Assembly: GCA_050693895.1 (NCBI GenBank)
Contig: JBOGWS010000021.1
Location: forward strand, 24,902 to 88,901
Source of the DNA: Actinomycetota bacterium
GTDB lineage: Bacteria > Actinomycetota > CADDZG01 > WHSQ01
Length of the DNA stretch: 64,000 nucleotides
Direction of reading: 5' to 3'
The first letter of the stretch is position 1, and every line of letters begins with the position of its first letter. Below, piece by piece: positions 39,413-48,688 of this stretch. Below the pieces are notes generated by a model. It was not told the DNA's origin and did not search any database. It saw only the letters and a list, made by a program, of their open reading frames with translations. The position numbers were made by a program, and so were the translations under genes.

Positions 39413-40608
39413 CCGAAGATCGCCGTTCGTATCGAGTCCCACGTCAGCGAGACCTGTGTCCACAACAGCGACAGCTGACCCCTGAAGACGTCGGAGAACA
39501 CAACGACCATGCTTATGGCGAGCAGAGCCGAGAACACGAGAAGGCCGAGATCGCGTCCGCGCACGCGCCCGTGGTAGAGCCGGCTGAGTCCCTTGGCGTC
39601 GACCAGAATCGGTCCGACTCTCAGACGAGTCAGAAAGGTCGAAGCCATCCCCTTGCGACCCTTGTCTCGAAACTCGATCAGGTTGGCGTGGGTGCCGACT
39701 GCGACGATCAGCTCGGCCCCCCTTTCGTACGCGAGCAACATTCCAATGTCCTCCGATGTCCCGGTGGCCTCGAACACCACGCAGGACAGCCCAAGCGCAT
39801 CGAGTCGCTCGGATCCCGGCGCGTGCCCATCCGAGTAAGCGTGGACGACCAGCTCGGCACCGCAAGTGAGGGCCTCGGTCGTCACCGAGTCCATGTCGCC
39901 GATGATCATGTCGGGTTTGAGTCCCACATCGACAAGCGCGTCCGCTCCCCCATCGACCCCGATGAGCAACGGCTTGACCTCGCGAATGTACGAGCGCAGG
40001 GCCTTGAGATCATCCTTGTAGTCGTAGCCGCGCACGACCACCAGGACATGACGCCCGTGAAAGTCGGTGCGGACCTCGGGCAATCGCGCCGCCTCGAGTA
40101 ACACGTCCCGCTCGTCCTCGATGTACTCGATCGTGTTCTGCGCGAAACGCTCGAGCTCGACAGCGATGCCCTGCTTGGCCTTGTCCAGGGCCTGCTCGAC
40201 GTCCTCCAACTCGAGCCGGGTCCCACGCGCAATCTCGACGTGTTCATCGCCTTCTCGGAGGAACACCCGGTCGCCGTCTACGGCTATCTCGGTGCCGTCG
40301 ATGAGGAGCATGATCTCCGCGCCCGCGTCATCGATCACCGGGATCCCGGCCGAGCACAACAGCAGCGGCCCGAGGTTCGGATAGCGCCCCGTCGTCGACT
40401 TCGAAGCGTTGATGACCGCCGTTACGCGCCGTTCTATCAGCCCCTCGGCCGAGATGCGGTCCATGTCCTCGTGATCCACGACCGCTATCTCACCGGGGTT
40501 CAGGCGTGTGGTGAGATCCTTGGTTCGGGGGTCGACGCGCGCGACTCCGAGCAGCGCCCCCGGAACTTCAGGCAGATGCTGGCGTCTCCTCTTTCCGAGG
40601 ATCTTCAT
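39409..40608 (-). CDS. steA: putative cytokinetic ring protein SteA (Rv1697 family)
   Basis: 399 aa with a C-terminal TM helix. Position between recN and the mctB-like gene is conserved. Thiamin-pyrophosphokinase-like central region GVDGGADAL...GDMDS. Confidence 0.7.
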   Translation of the reverse strand: MKILGKRRRQHLPEVPGALLGVARVDPRTKDLTTRLNPGEIAVVDHEDMDRISAEGLIERRVTAVINASKSTTGRYPNLGPLLLCSAGIPVIDDAGAEIMLLIDGTEIAVDGDRVFLREGDEHVEIARGTRLELEDVEQALDKAKQGIAVELERFAQNTIEYIEDERDVLLEAARLPEVRTDFHGRHVLVVVRGYDYKDDLKALRSYIREVKPLLIGVDGGADALVDVGLKPDMIIGDMDSVTTEALTCGAELVVHAYSDGHAPGSERLDALGLSCVVFEATGTSEDIGMLLAYERGAELIVAVGTHANLIEFRDKGRKGMASTFLTRLRVGPILVDAKGLSRLYHGRVRGRDLGLLVFSALLAISMVVVFSDVFRGQLSLLWTQVSLTWDSIRTAIFG

Positions 40609-42332
40609 CGGCCGCTCGCCGTCTCGAGCAGTTCCTTGGCGTGTTCGCGCGCTCTCTGACTCTCCGGCATCCCCGCGAGCATGCGCGATAGCTCGTCGAC
40701 TCTCTCGGCTCCTTGGACCTGCTCGACCAGCGCGGTCGCGCGCTCGTCGACGGCTTCCTTCAGAACGCGATAGTGGGAGTCGGCGAAGGCGGCCACCTGA
40801 GGCAGGTGCGTGACTAGCAGCACCTGGGCCCCCGAGGCCCGCGCAAGATCCGCCAGCGCACGTCCCACGGACTGAGCCGCGAGCCCACCAACACCGGCGT
40901 CGACCTCATCGAAGATCATCGTGCGCGCGGAGCCCTCGGTACCCGCCTCACGCGACGTCAACAGATGCAGTGCCAGCGCGATGCGTGACAGCTCACCTCC
41001 CGACGCCACCTTCGCGACCGGACGGGCAGCCTCGCCGGGGTTGGCGGCCACCCGAAACTCGACGGATTCCGAACCACCTTCGAACAACTCACGTTCCGTC
41101 AGCCCAACCTCGAACCGAGCTCCCGCGAGTGCGAGATCGTCCAGCATCTCCTCCATATGCCGCTCGAGGCGGGGTCCTGCCTCTCTTCGAACGACACCGA
41201 GCTCCCGCGCTAGATGGCGTGTTCGGGTCACCAACGCCTCGTGCCGGCTGCGCAGCTCTCCGAGCGATGACTCCGCGTTCTCCAACTCGTCGACCCGGTT
41301 TCTCGCGCGCGCGAGATAGCCGAGAACCCCGGCCTCCGGTCCCTGCGGTGCGGCATCATTCGAATCCCTGTCCTCGCCGTACTTTCGCATCAGTCGCGCT
41401 ATGACATCGAGTCGAGCCCTCGTCTCCTCGAGGGCCTGAGGATCGGGCGCCACCACACTTCTGGTCAGATCGCCGGCGATGTCCGCGATTTCGAGCGAGG
41501 TCGCCTCGAGTCGACCGGCCAGCTCCTCGAGCGCCGGGTCCCTCTTGGCCGCCGCCGATACATCTCGATGCGCCGAATCGATTGTCTCCGCCGCGCCGCG
41601 CTCTCCGTTCAGCGCATCGATCGCTCGCCCCAGCGCCGTGGCGATCGACTCGGCGTGCTCGAGGCGGTCCGCGTCTTTCGTCAGGCGTTGGAACTCTCCC
41701 CCCTGAAGCTCGGCCTTCTCGATCTCGGAGGTCTCGTAACGCAGAAGATCGAGCTCCCGCTCACGCTCCCGCTCGTTCGACAGCAGGGCCTCCAATTCAC
41801 CCCGGACCCGGTTCGACGCCCTGACCGTTGAGGCGAGCTCGGCCGCCAGGGCAGAGGCACCGGCGAAGGCGTCGAGCAAAGCCCGCTGGCGAGCGGGGGC
41901 GCCGACGCCCTGGGCTTCATGCTGGCCGGCGATCTCGACGAGCTGCGCACCTACAGAGCCGAGCGCCGCGATGGTGACCAGACGGCCGTTGATGCGTGCC
42001 CGGCCCCCCTTCCCGTCGGCCGTGATGCTGCGGGTCAGGACGACCTCGGCCTCCGACTCGGCGAGATCGGCCTCGATGATCCCGTGAGCGACGAGCAAGT
42101 CGAGCGCGCTGTGTCCCGCGGGCACGACGAAGCGACCCTCGACAAGCCCCTCGGCCGCTCCCTGACGGACCAGAGCGCGATCGGACCGGCCGCCGAGCAA
42201 CAGCCCCAGGGCGGCCACCATCAGGGTCTTTCCTGCGCCGGTTTCTCCCGTGAGGGTGCTACAGCCGCTATGCAGCTCCAGCTCGGCCCGCTCGATCACG
42301 CCGAGCCCCTCGACAACAAGCTCTCTCAGCAT
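40605..42332 (-). CDS. recN: DNA repair protein RecN
   Basis: Walker A GETGAGKT, long coiled coil, C-terminal signature GGELSRIALAL and Walker B IFDEVDAG. Confidence 0.9.
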   Translation of the reverse strand: MLRELVVEGLGVIERAELELHSGCSTLTGETGAGKTLMVAALGLLLGGRSDRALVRQGAAEGLVEGRFVVPAGHSALDLLVAHGIIEADLAESEAEVVLTRSITADGKGGRARINGRLVTIAALGSVGAQLVEIAGQHEAQGVGAPARQRALLDAFAGASALAAELASTVRASNRVRGELEALLSNERERERELDLLRYETSEIEKAELQGGEFQRLTKDADRLEHAESIATALGRAIDALNGERGAAETIDSAHRDVSAAAKRDPALEELAGRLEATSLEIADIAGDLTRSVVAPDPQALEETRARLDVIARLMRKYGEDRDSNDAAPQGPEAGVLGYLARARNRVDELENAESSLGELRSRHEALVTRTRHLARELGVVRREAGPRLERHMEEMLDDLALAGARFEVGLTERELFEGGSESVEFRVAANPGEAARPVAKVASGGELSRIALALHLLTSREAGTEGSARTMIFDEVDAGVGGLAAQSVGRALADLARASGAQVLLVTHLPQVAAFADSHYRVLKEAVDERATALVEQVQGAERVDELSRMLAGMPESQRAREHAKELLETASGR

Positions 42333-42391
42333 TCGTGAGGAATCCTAAGGGTGACCGGGGCCGAGCGAGGGGTTTCGGCGATCGCCGACGC

Positions 42392-43219
42392 TCAGGATCG
42401 GAGGTCGAGCTTGCGCCGGAGTCGCTCGAGAAAGTCGGGGCCGGACAGCCTCACCAGTTCGAGGGGTCGCTCGTGACGACGGGCGGTAACCACGTCGCCG
42501 GGCTGCAGCTTCCGACCGAGCGTGCCGTCCAGCGACAGGGACGCCACCGGCGCCGTCTCGTCGACTCGAATGGTCACCTCGTCGTCGGCAGCCAAGACGA
42601 CCGGTCGCGAGAACATCATGTGCGGGCTCACCGGCACGATGACGAGCGCGGCGGCGCGCGGCGAGATGATCGGGCCTCCGGCGCTCAGCGCGTAGGCGGT
42701 GGAACCGGTCGGAGTCGCGACGATCACACCGTCGGCATTGAACGTGGCAAGGCGCTCGCCGCTGACGCTGACCTCGAGCCGCACGAGCCTGTATCTTGCC
42801 GACCGCTCCACCAGCACCTCGTTGAGCCCCACGAGATGAGCTTCCTGACCGTCGCTCGTCACCCGGCAGTCGAGCATCATCCGCTCCTCGAGGCGATAGT
42901 CGCCGTCGAGCACTCGCTTGAGCGCGCTCAACTCCGCGCCGGCGTCCACTTCGGTCAGATAGCCGAGCGAGCCGAAGTTGACGCCGAGCAAGGGAGCGTC
43001 CGCGGCGTGGGCCGCGTGGGCCGCGTGAAGCATCGTCCCGTCGCCGCCAAGAGCAAGGACGAGGTCGGGGGACTCCCCGTCGCCACGGGGCGAGCTGGGC
43101 CGGTCCTCAGAACAGACAGTGATGCTCCGTTCGACGAGCATCTCCTCGATCTCGTCGCGCATCTGCGCGGCCTCCGGCTTGGTCGGATGCACGACGAAGG
43201 CGATCTTGCTTATCTCCAC
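42392..43219 (-). CDS. nadK: NAD kinase
   Basis: GGDGTML motif and NFGSLGYLTE motif. Confidence 0.9.
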   Translation of the reverse strand: MEISKIAFVVHPTKPEAAQMRDEIEEMLVERSITVCSEDRPSSPRGDGESPDLVLALGGDGTMLHAAHAAHAADAPLLGVNFGSLGYLTEVDAGAELSALKRVLDGDYRLEERMMLDCRVTSDGQEAHLVGLNEVLVERSARYRLVRLEVSVSGERLATFNADGVIVATPTGSTAYALSAGGPIISPRAAALVIVPVSPHMMFSRPVVLAADDEVTIRVDETAPVASLSLDGTLGRKLQPGDVVTARRHERPLELVRLSGPDFLERLRRKLDLRS

Positions 43220-43234
43220 GTAACTCCCGTCTCG

Positions 43235-44020
43235 CTACTCCACCTCGGCGACCGCCCGAGCGGCCGCTCCTCTATTGTGAGGCCCCTCACCGTTGAGGTG
43301 AACGAAAAATTCCCGGTTTCCCGCCGGGCCGGGCAGGTCGGATGCGGTGGCATCCACCAGCCCGAGACCCTGGGACTCGGCCGAATCGACCACGCGCTGT
43401 ACGGACTCGAGCCACAGGGCCGGGTCGCTCACGACACCACCCCTGCCGACCGCGTCCTTGCCGACCTCGAACTGCGGTTTGACCATCAGCAGAAGGTCAC
43501 CCAGGGGCGCGATCAACTTCGCCAGAGCCGAAACAACCAGCGTCAACGAGATGAACGAGAGGTCGGCCACGATCCCGTCCGGTCGCCGCGGAAGGTCGCC
43601 GACGGCGAGCCACCTGACGTTCGTTCGCTCCAGCACCGTCACACGCCGATCGTTGCGAAGCCGCCAGTCGAGTTGCCCGTAGCCGACATCGACCGCGATG
43701 ACCGAGGCGGCCCCGGCTTGTAGCAGGCAATCGGTGAATCCACCGGTAGAGGCCCCAGCGTCGAGCCATGTCCGGCCGGCCACGTCGACGTTCAGCCGGT
43801 CGAGCGCGCCGGCGAGCTTGTCGCCCCCGCGCGATACGAACCGCCGCGCGCCGGCGCTGATCGCCAGCGAGTCCTCCGGAGACACCATGGTCGCGGCGCG
43901 CGTAGCCGGCATTCCTCTCACGACCACGTGCCCCTCCTCTATGGCGCGCCGTGCGGCGGAACGAGACTCGGCGAGACCGCGCCTTACGAGTTCAGCGTCG
44001 AGACGAAGCGGTTTCGCCAA
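43235..44020 (-). CDS. tlyA: TlyA family rRNA (cytidine-2'-O)-methyltransferase
   Basis: N-terminal S4-like RLDAELVRRGLAESRSAARRAIEEGHV, FtsJ-type LDAGASTGGFTDCLL. Confidence 0.85.
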   Translation of the reverse strand: MAKPLRLDAELVRRGLAESRSAARRAIEEGHVVVRGMPATRAATMVSPEDSLAISAGARRFVSRGGDKLAGALDRLNVDVAGRTWLDAGASTGGFTDCLLQAGAASVIAVDVGYGQLDWRLRNDRRVTVLERTNVRWLAVGDLPRRPDGIVADLSFISLTLVVSALAKLIAPLGDLLLMVKPQFEVGKDAVGRGGVVSDPALWLESVQRVVDSAESQGLGLVDATASDLPGPAGNREFFVHLNGEGPHNRGAAARAVAEVE

Positions 44021-44189
44021 CGTCGCGCTCGAGCTCGTGGCTTAACTCGTCGTACAGGTTTTCGAGCAGCTCGAGTCGTCCGGCGTCGCCCGTGGCGGTC
44101 GCGTCCTCGAGTGCTTGACGGGTTCGATCCCGCAAACCGGCGGCCTCGGGCGCCTCGGCGGTCGCGACGTGCTCGTTATTGTCGTCCAT
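43992..44189 (-). CDS. small acidic hypothetical protein (Rv1693-like position)
   Basis: 65-aa ORF directly upstream of tlyA, overlapping it by 29 nt. Helical and acidic composition. No motif. Confidence 0.4.
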   Translation of the reverse strand: MDDNNEHVATAEAPEAAGLRDRTRQALEDATATGDAGRLELLENLYDELSHELERDVGETASSRR

Positions 44190-44198
44190 AGGCTGGGA

Positions 44199-44612
44199 TT
44201 ATCCCTCGTCGGGGGACCGCTCGGTCGTCTTCTTGGCCGTTTTCTTGTTCGTCTTTTTCGAGGTCTTCTTGCGAGACTTCTTTTGGGTCTTCTTGCGCGT
44301 CTTCTGGGCGGTGGTTGGAGCCGTCGTTCGGCCCTCCATCCTCGCGACGCGCCGCTCCAGTCGCTCGATGTCGCGCTTGGAGGCGAGCCCGATTGATTCG
44401 ATCTGATTCCGGATCTCGCTTCGGATCAGATTCAGTATCTCGTCCCGGTTCTGTTTGCTGCGCTCCATCAGGTCCTTCACGGCTTGGGTCGCCTGGCCTC
44501 CTGAGAGATCGCCGGATTTGATCAGATCGCGCACGATGGCCTCGGCGCGGTTCCGCGTCAACTCCACGACTCCCGAAGTGATCAGCGCCATGCGCCTGAT
44601 CTCGTCTCTCAC
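44199..44612 (-). CDS. phasin/PhaF-like (COG3937-type) protein with Lys/Thr-rich basic tail
   Basis: N-terminal helical region ALITSGVVELTRNRAEAIVRDLIKSG. C-terminal KTRKKTQKKSRKKTSKKTNKKTAKKTT. Confidence 0.6.
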   Translation of the reverse strand: MRDEIRRMALITSGVVELTRNRAEAIVRDLIKSGDLSGGQATQAVKDLMERSKQNRDEILNLIRSEIRNQIESIGLASKRDIERLERRVARMEGRTTAPTTAQKTRKKTQKKSRKKTSKKTNKKTAKKTTERSPDEG

Positions 44613-44662
44613 CCACGTCCTCCTGTGTCGTTTGAACTCGCCTGAAACCTATACTCGCACCC

Positions 44663-45412
44663 GTGGTCGCGCTGATTCCCATATCGGACGAAAACCCCAC
44701 GCGGCGGACGCCCATCGTCACGCTCGTGTTGATCGGGCTGAACATCGCGATCTTCTTCTTCATCCAGCCGAACCCACCGCTACTCGGTTTCGAGACCTCG
44801 CCCCAGGAGGAGCGCTTCATCTACGAGACCGCACCCATCCCATGTCAGTTCGAGGACGAATGTCCCTCGAGCGTGCAGGGTACGGCCGAGGTCATCGAGA
44901 TCCCCGAGCGAACCCTGCCCGAGTTCATTCTCTCTCTGGTGTACTCGGCCTTTCTTCATGGGAACCTGCTGCACATCGGCGGCAACCTGCTCTTCCTATG
45001 GGTGTTCGGAAACAACGTCGAGGACTTCCTCGGACACTTCAAGTACATCCTGTTCTTCCTGATTGGTGCGATCGGTTCCGGTTTCGCGCAGGTGCTTACG
45101 AACCTCGGTTCAAATGTCCCCGCGATCGGTGCGTCCGGCGCGGTCGCCGCGATCTTGGGGGCGTATTTCGTGTTGTACCCGAGGGCGAGGGTCAACGTGC
45201 TCGTTCCGATCATCTTTATCTGGACGATCCTGCAATTGAGCGCGTTCGTGGTGCTCGGTCTCTGGTTCCTCTACCAGTTCCTCATTCCGCAACCGGGCGT
45301 CGCTTGGCAGGCGCACGCGGGTGGCTTCATCATCGGCGCACTCGTCATCTTGCTGTTCGGGGGCCGGCCTCATCCGAGAAGGCCGGTGTGGCAAACCGAG
45401 TGGCGCTACTAG
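44663..45412 (+). CDS. rhomboid family intramembrane serine protease
   Basis: HGNLLHIGGNLLFLWVFGNNVE (HxxxN region), GASGAVAAILGAY (GxSG) and a downstream AHAGG histidine. GTG start. Confidence 0.85.
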   Translation: MVALIPISDENPTRRTPIVTLVLIGLNIAIFFFIQPNPPLLGFETSPQEERFIYETAPIPCQFEDECPSSVQGTAEVIEIPERTLPEFILSLVYSAFLHGNLLHIGGNLLFLWVFGNNVEDFLGHFKYILFFLIGAIGSGFAQVLTNLGSNVPAIGASGAVAAILGAYFVLYPRARVNVLVPIIFIWTILQLSAFVVLGLWFLYQFLIPQPGVAWQAHAGGFIIGALVILLFGGRPHPRRPVWQTEWRY

Positions 45413-45590
45413 AGTTCGGTCAGCAGCACCGGTAGGTCCGCGAGCCGTTCGAGCACGATGTCGGGACCCAGTTTGTGAAGCTCCTCAGCTGTGCCGACCG
45501 CGGTGATCGTCTCTCCCGGGGGCCGGACGATGAGGCCTGAGGAAACTGCCGCCTGGGTGCACCCCTCACTCCGAAGTCGAAAATCATGCG
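45409..45590 (-). pseudogene. decayed HAD-hydrolase paralog fragment
   Basis: One frame gives MIFDFGV (degenerate DxDG motif I). The frame one nt away gives GLIVRPPGETITAVGTAEELHKLGPDIVLERLADLPVLLTEL-stop, paralleling the C-terminus of the neighbouring HAD gene. A 22-nt exact repeat links 45444-45465 and 45761-45782. Confidence 0.55.
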
Positions 45591-45713
45591 GTTCATGCGG
45601 TGCCTGCGGTGCATCGAGGCACCAGTGGCACCTGAGGTACCGGGTGTTCTGGCCGTTCTCTTGAGCGACACCCTGCTCACTGGCCCCGGCAACTCGGCCG
45701 GGCTAAGGCTTGG

Positions 45714-46547
45714 TCAAGGTGTCTCCCTCAGACCCTTCAACAACCCGAGGAGGTCGGCCAGCCGTTCGAGCACGATGTCGGGCTTCGGTTCGACCTCATC
45801 GATCTCGTCCCGTGTCGTTACGCCCGACAGCACCAGGATCGTCGCCCACCCCATGACCCGGCCCCCCTCGAGATCCGTGTTCGGCCGGTCCCCCACGATC
45901 GCGATCTTCGATGCGTCGCCGAGGTGGCGCGCGGCGACCCGCATCATCGGCTCGTGCGGCTTTCCCATCACGCGGGCCCGGCCCCCGGAAGCCACTTCGA
46001 TGGCCGCAACCAACGCCCCCGCGCCGGGCCAGAGCCCGTCGGGGGCCGGGAAAGAGGCGTCGGCGTTCGCGGCGATGAGCTCGGCGCCGTCCTGCACCGC
46101 GAACGAGGCCCGCTTGAGCGATTCGTAGGTGAAATCCGGGTCGAAGCCCACCACGACGTAGTCGGCCGAGCGGGTTGCGGGGTCGTCGTCCACGACCACG
46201 TCGATGGAGCCGAGGGCCTCGCGTAGCCCCCCGCCCCCGACCACGATCGCGCTCTTGCCTGCAGCACCCTCCTCGGCCAGCAGTTCGCCCATCACCACGG
46301 CCGAGGTCACAAGGTCGCCCCGTTCGACCGAGACGCCCATCGAACCGAGCTTCTCGACGTAGCGGGCGATCGTGGGATTAGCGTTGTTGGTGCAGAACAC
46401 GACCTGGACGCCGAGCTCCTTCAGGAGCGCGATCGCCTTCGGAGAGCCATCGATGGGCTCCGCCCCCCTGTACATCACACCGTCCAGGTCGCACACGAGA
46501 CCATCGAGACCCGTCAGGGCCTCGGCCCTTCCCGCCACGAGACTCAC
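45714..46547 (-). CDS. HAD-IIA family hydrolase (NagD/Rv1692-like phosphatase)
   Basis: Motif I LVCDLDGVMY, FCTNN, and GDRPNTDLEG motif. Confidence 0.85.
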   Translation of the reverse strand: MSLVAGRAEALTGLDGLVCDLDGVMYRGAEPIDGSPKAIALLKELGVQVVFCTNNANPTIARYVEKLGSMGVSVERGDLVTSAVVMGELLAEEGAAGKSAIVVGGGGLREALGSIDVVVDDDPATRSADYVVVGFDPDFTYESLKRASFAVQDGAELIAANADASFPAPDGLWPGAGALVAAIEVASGGRARVMGKPHEPMMRVAARHLGDASKIAIVGDRPNTDLEGGRVMGWATILVLSGVTTRDEIDEVEPKPDIVLERLADLLGLLKGLRETP

Positions 46548-48688
46548 CGGTTCGATCTCAGGATGCAGAGGTCGGCCCTAGCTCCGCCGAGCAGCGTGTT
46601 GATCCGGTCGACGGTCGTGATGCCGCCCCCGATGAGTGTCGGTACGCCGGACTCGTTGCGGATCTGCTCGCTGAGCACGGTCAGGTAGTAGAGATCGAAG
46701 TGCGGAGTGAACCTCGGCGTCGTGAACCCCGCGGTGACCTCGACGATCGCGCAGTCGCGCCGACGCAACTCGACAACGAGGGCGAGCGCGTCGCGCGGTT
46801 TCGTCCCTCCTCGTTGCCAGTCGTCCGCGCAAATAGACGCTCCCAAGGGCCCCTGGAACTCGGAGCGCACCGCATCGAATACCTCGAGGGGGAAACGCAT
46901 GCGCGCCTGAATGCCCCCTCCCAATTCGTCCGTCCTCTGGTTCGTTAGCGGCGAGAGGAACCCGCCGAGCAGGTAGCCCCGGCCCATCTCGACAACGACC
47001 GCGTCGAAACCGGCTCGGCTCGCATTGCGCGCGGCCGTCGCGAAGTCTTCGAGAATCTCGGCGCGGGTCCGGGCGCCGAGAGGGGTGGGCGTTGCGTTTC
47101 GTCCGTACGCCAAGGGGGATGCCGCCACCAAGGGCCACGCTCCCGAATCGAGCGGGCGGTCGAGTCCCGTCGCCCTCGGCTTGGTCGCCCCGCGGGCGCC
47201 GGCGTGGTTGAGCCTCACCGCGACGCGCCCTTTTTGGCCGAGGAGATCCGTGAAGGCTTCGACCTGGCCCTCGTCGTAGAGGCCCGCGTCACCTGGGGTA
47301 ATACGGCCGTGAGCCGACACTGCGACCTCGTCGGTGAGCACCAGGCCGGCCGAGGCGCTTAAGGCCGAACCGAGCATGTCGCGGTCGGGCCCCGCGATGA
47401 CTCCCCCGGAGCACGAGCCCGCCGCAACGGGCGACAGCACCACCCTGTTGTCGAGCCGGACTCCACCGAGGTCGAACGCTACGAACGCCGGGGGTGGAGC
47501 GGCGGCGGCTCGTTCGTTTCCACCCGAGTGAGCGGCGAACCTCCGGTCGGCGTGCTCGATCAGCAACGGATCGCGCTGTCTCAGGTTTCCGTAGTCGATC
47601 CGGCCGCTGCGAGTCAAGAGGTGGAAGACGAACTGTTCCGGCTCGAGGTCCTGGTAACGGCTCGTCGACTCGAAGTAACTCTGAGACTGTTGCGCCGCCT
47701 CTTGGAAGCGCTCGACGATCGGCTTGCGCTCCATCTGGTAATCGGCGAGAGCGGTCTGCAACGCCCCCGGGGCCTCGCTCGCCGCATCCCGCTCCTCGAA
47801 GGCGTTGGCGAGCGCGATTGCGTCCTCCATCGCCAGCTTCGTCCCCGACCCGATCGAGAAATGCGCGGTATGCGCCGAGTCGCCCAGCAACACGATGGGT
47901 ATGGCATCCGGCCCCGCGTCGACCCACGCCTTCGTCTTGAGCGTCGGGAAACTGATCCACTGGGACTGGTTGCTCATCAGTGAGTTGCCGCGTAGATCGT
48001 CGGCGAAGACCTTCTCGCAATAGGCGATGCTCTCGGCCTCGTTCGCCTCGTGCAACCCGGCCTTGTGCCACGTCTCCTCGTTGCACTCGACGATGAACGT
48101 GCTGGTCGTGCCGTCGAAGGGATAGGCATGCACCTGGAACAGGCCGTCATCGTTCGAGCGAAAGATGAACGTGAAACTGTCGAGCGGAAGCGTCGTCCCA
48201 AACCAGATGTAACGGGCGCGGCCATCCCTGATGCGCGGCTTGAAGACCTCTGCCCGGCTCTCGCGCGTCGCGCTGTGGATCCCGTCGGCCGCGATCACCA
48301 GGTCATGGTCCGATACTTGCTCGGCGACGACCTCGGTCTCGAACCGCACGTTCACTCCGACCTCGGCGCACCGCTTCGTAAGGATGTCGAGCAGCCTGCG
48401 CCTCGCGATCCCCGAGAACACCTGGCCCCCGGCCCGCACGAGCGCGTCCCTGTAGCGAATGTCGATCGCGTCCCAGATGACGAAGTGGTCGGTGATGTCG
48501 ACGTAGCTCTTGTAGTCGGCCTCGCGGAAAGAAGTCAGCGTCCGGTCCGAGAACACGACTCCCCATCCGTAGGTAGCGCCGCGCGGGTTCTTCTCGAACA
48601 CGGTCACTTCGAGTTCGGGAGACGAGCGCTTGAGCAACAGGCTCGCGTATAGGCCGCCCGGCCCTCCACCGATGGTGGCGATCTTCAC
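46544..48688 (-). CDS. bifunctional FAD monooxygenase / old-yellow-enzyme-like reductase (salicylyl-CoA 5-hydroxylase or 2-aminobenzoyl-CoA monooxygenase/reductase type)
   Basis: N-terminal half: IGGGPGGLYASLLL, DLVIAADGIHSATR, LLGDSAHTAHFSIGSGTKLAMEDA. C-terminal half: RLNHAGARG, GFDAVVVEMGRGYLLGGFLSPLTNQRTDELGG. GTG at 48688 in a GTGA overlap with the upstream gene. Confidence 0.75.
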   Translation of the reverse strand: MKIATIGGGPGGLYASLLLKRSSPELEVTVFEKNPRGATYGWGVVFSDRTLTSFREADYKSYVDITDHFVIWDAIDIRYRDALVRAGGQVFSGIARRRLLDILTKRCAEVGVNVRFETEVVAEQVSDHDLVIAADGIHSATRESRAEVFKPRIRDGRARYIWFGTTLPLDSFTFIFRSNDDGLFQVHAYPFDGTTSTFIVECNEETWHKAGLHEANEAESIAYCEKVFADDLRGNSLMSNQSQWISFPTLKTKAWVDAGPDAIPIVLLGDSAHTAHFSIGSGTKLAMEDAIALANAFEERDAASEAPGALQTALADYQMERKPIVERFQEAAQQSQSYFESTSRYQDLEPEQFVFHLLTRSGRIDYGNLRQRDPLLIEHADRRFAAHSGGNERAAAAPPPAFVAFDLGGVRLDNRVVLSPVAAGSCSGGVIAGPDRDMLGSALSASAGLVLTDEVAVSAHGRITPGDAGLYDEGQVEAFTDLLGQKGRVAVRLNHAGARGATKPRATGLDRPLDSGAWPLVAASPLAYGRNATPTPLGARTRAEILEDFATAARNASRAGFDAVVVEMGRGYLLGGFLSPLTNQRTDELGGGIQARMRFPLEVFDAVRSEFQGPLGASICADDWQRGGTKPRDALALVVELRRRDCAIVEVTAGFTTPRFTPHFDLYYLTVLSEQIRNESGVPTLIGGGITTVDRINTLLGGARADLCILRSNR

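Noticed and set aside
44176-44820. 214-aa ORF overlapping the phasin-like gene and the rhomboid promoter region
   Set aside because: It is in a different frame from the helical, motif-bearing 137-aa ORF, its composition is Arg/Gly/Asp-rich, and it would span a divergent promoter region.
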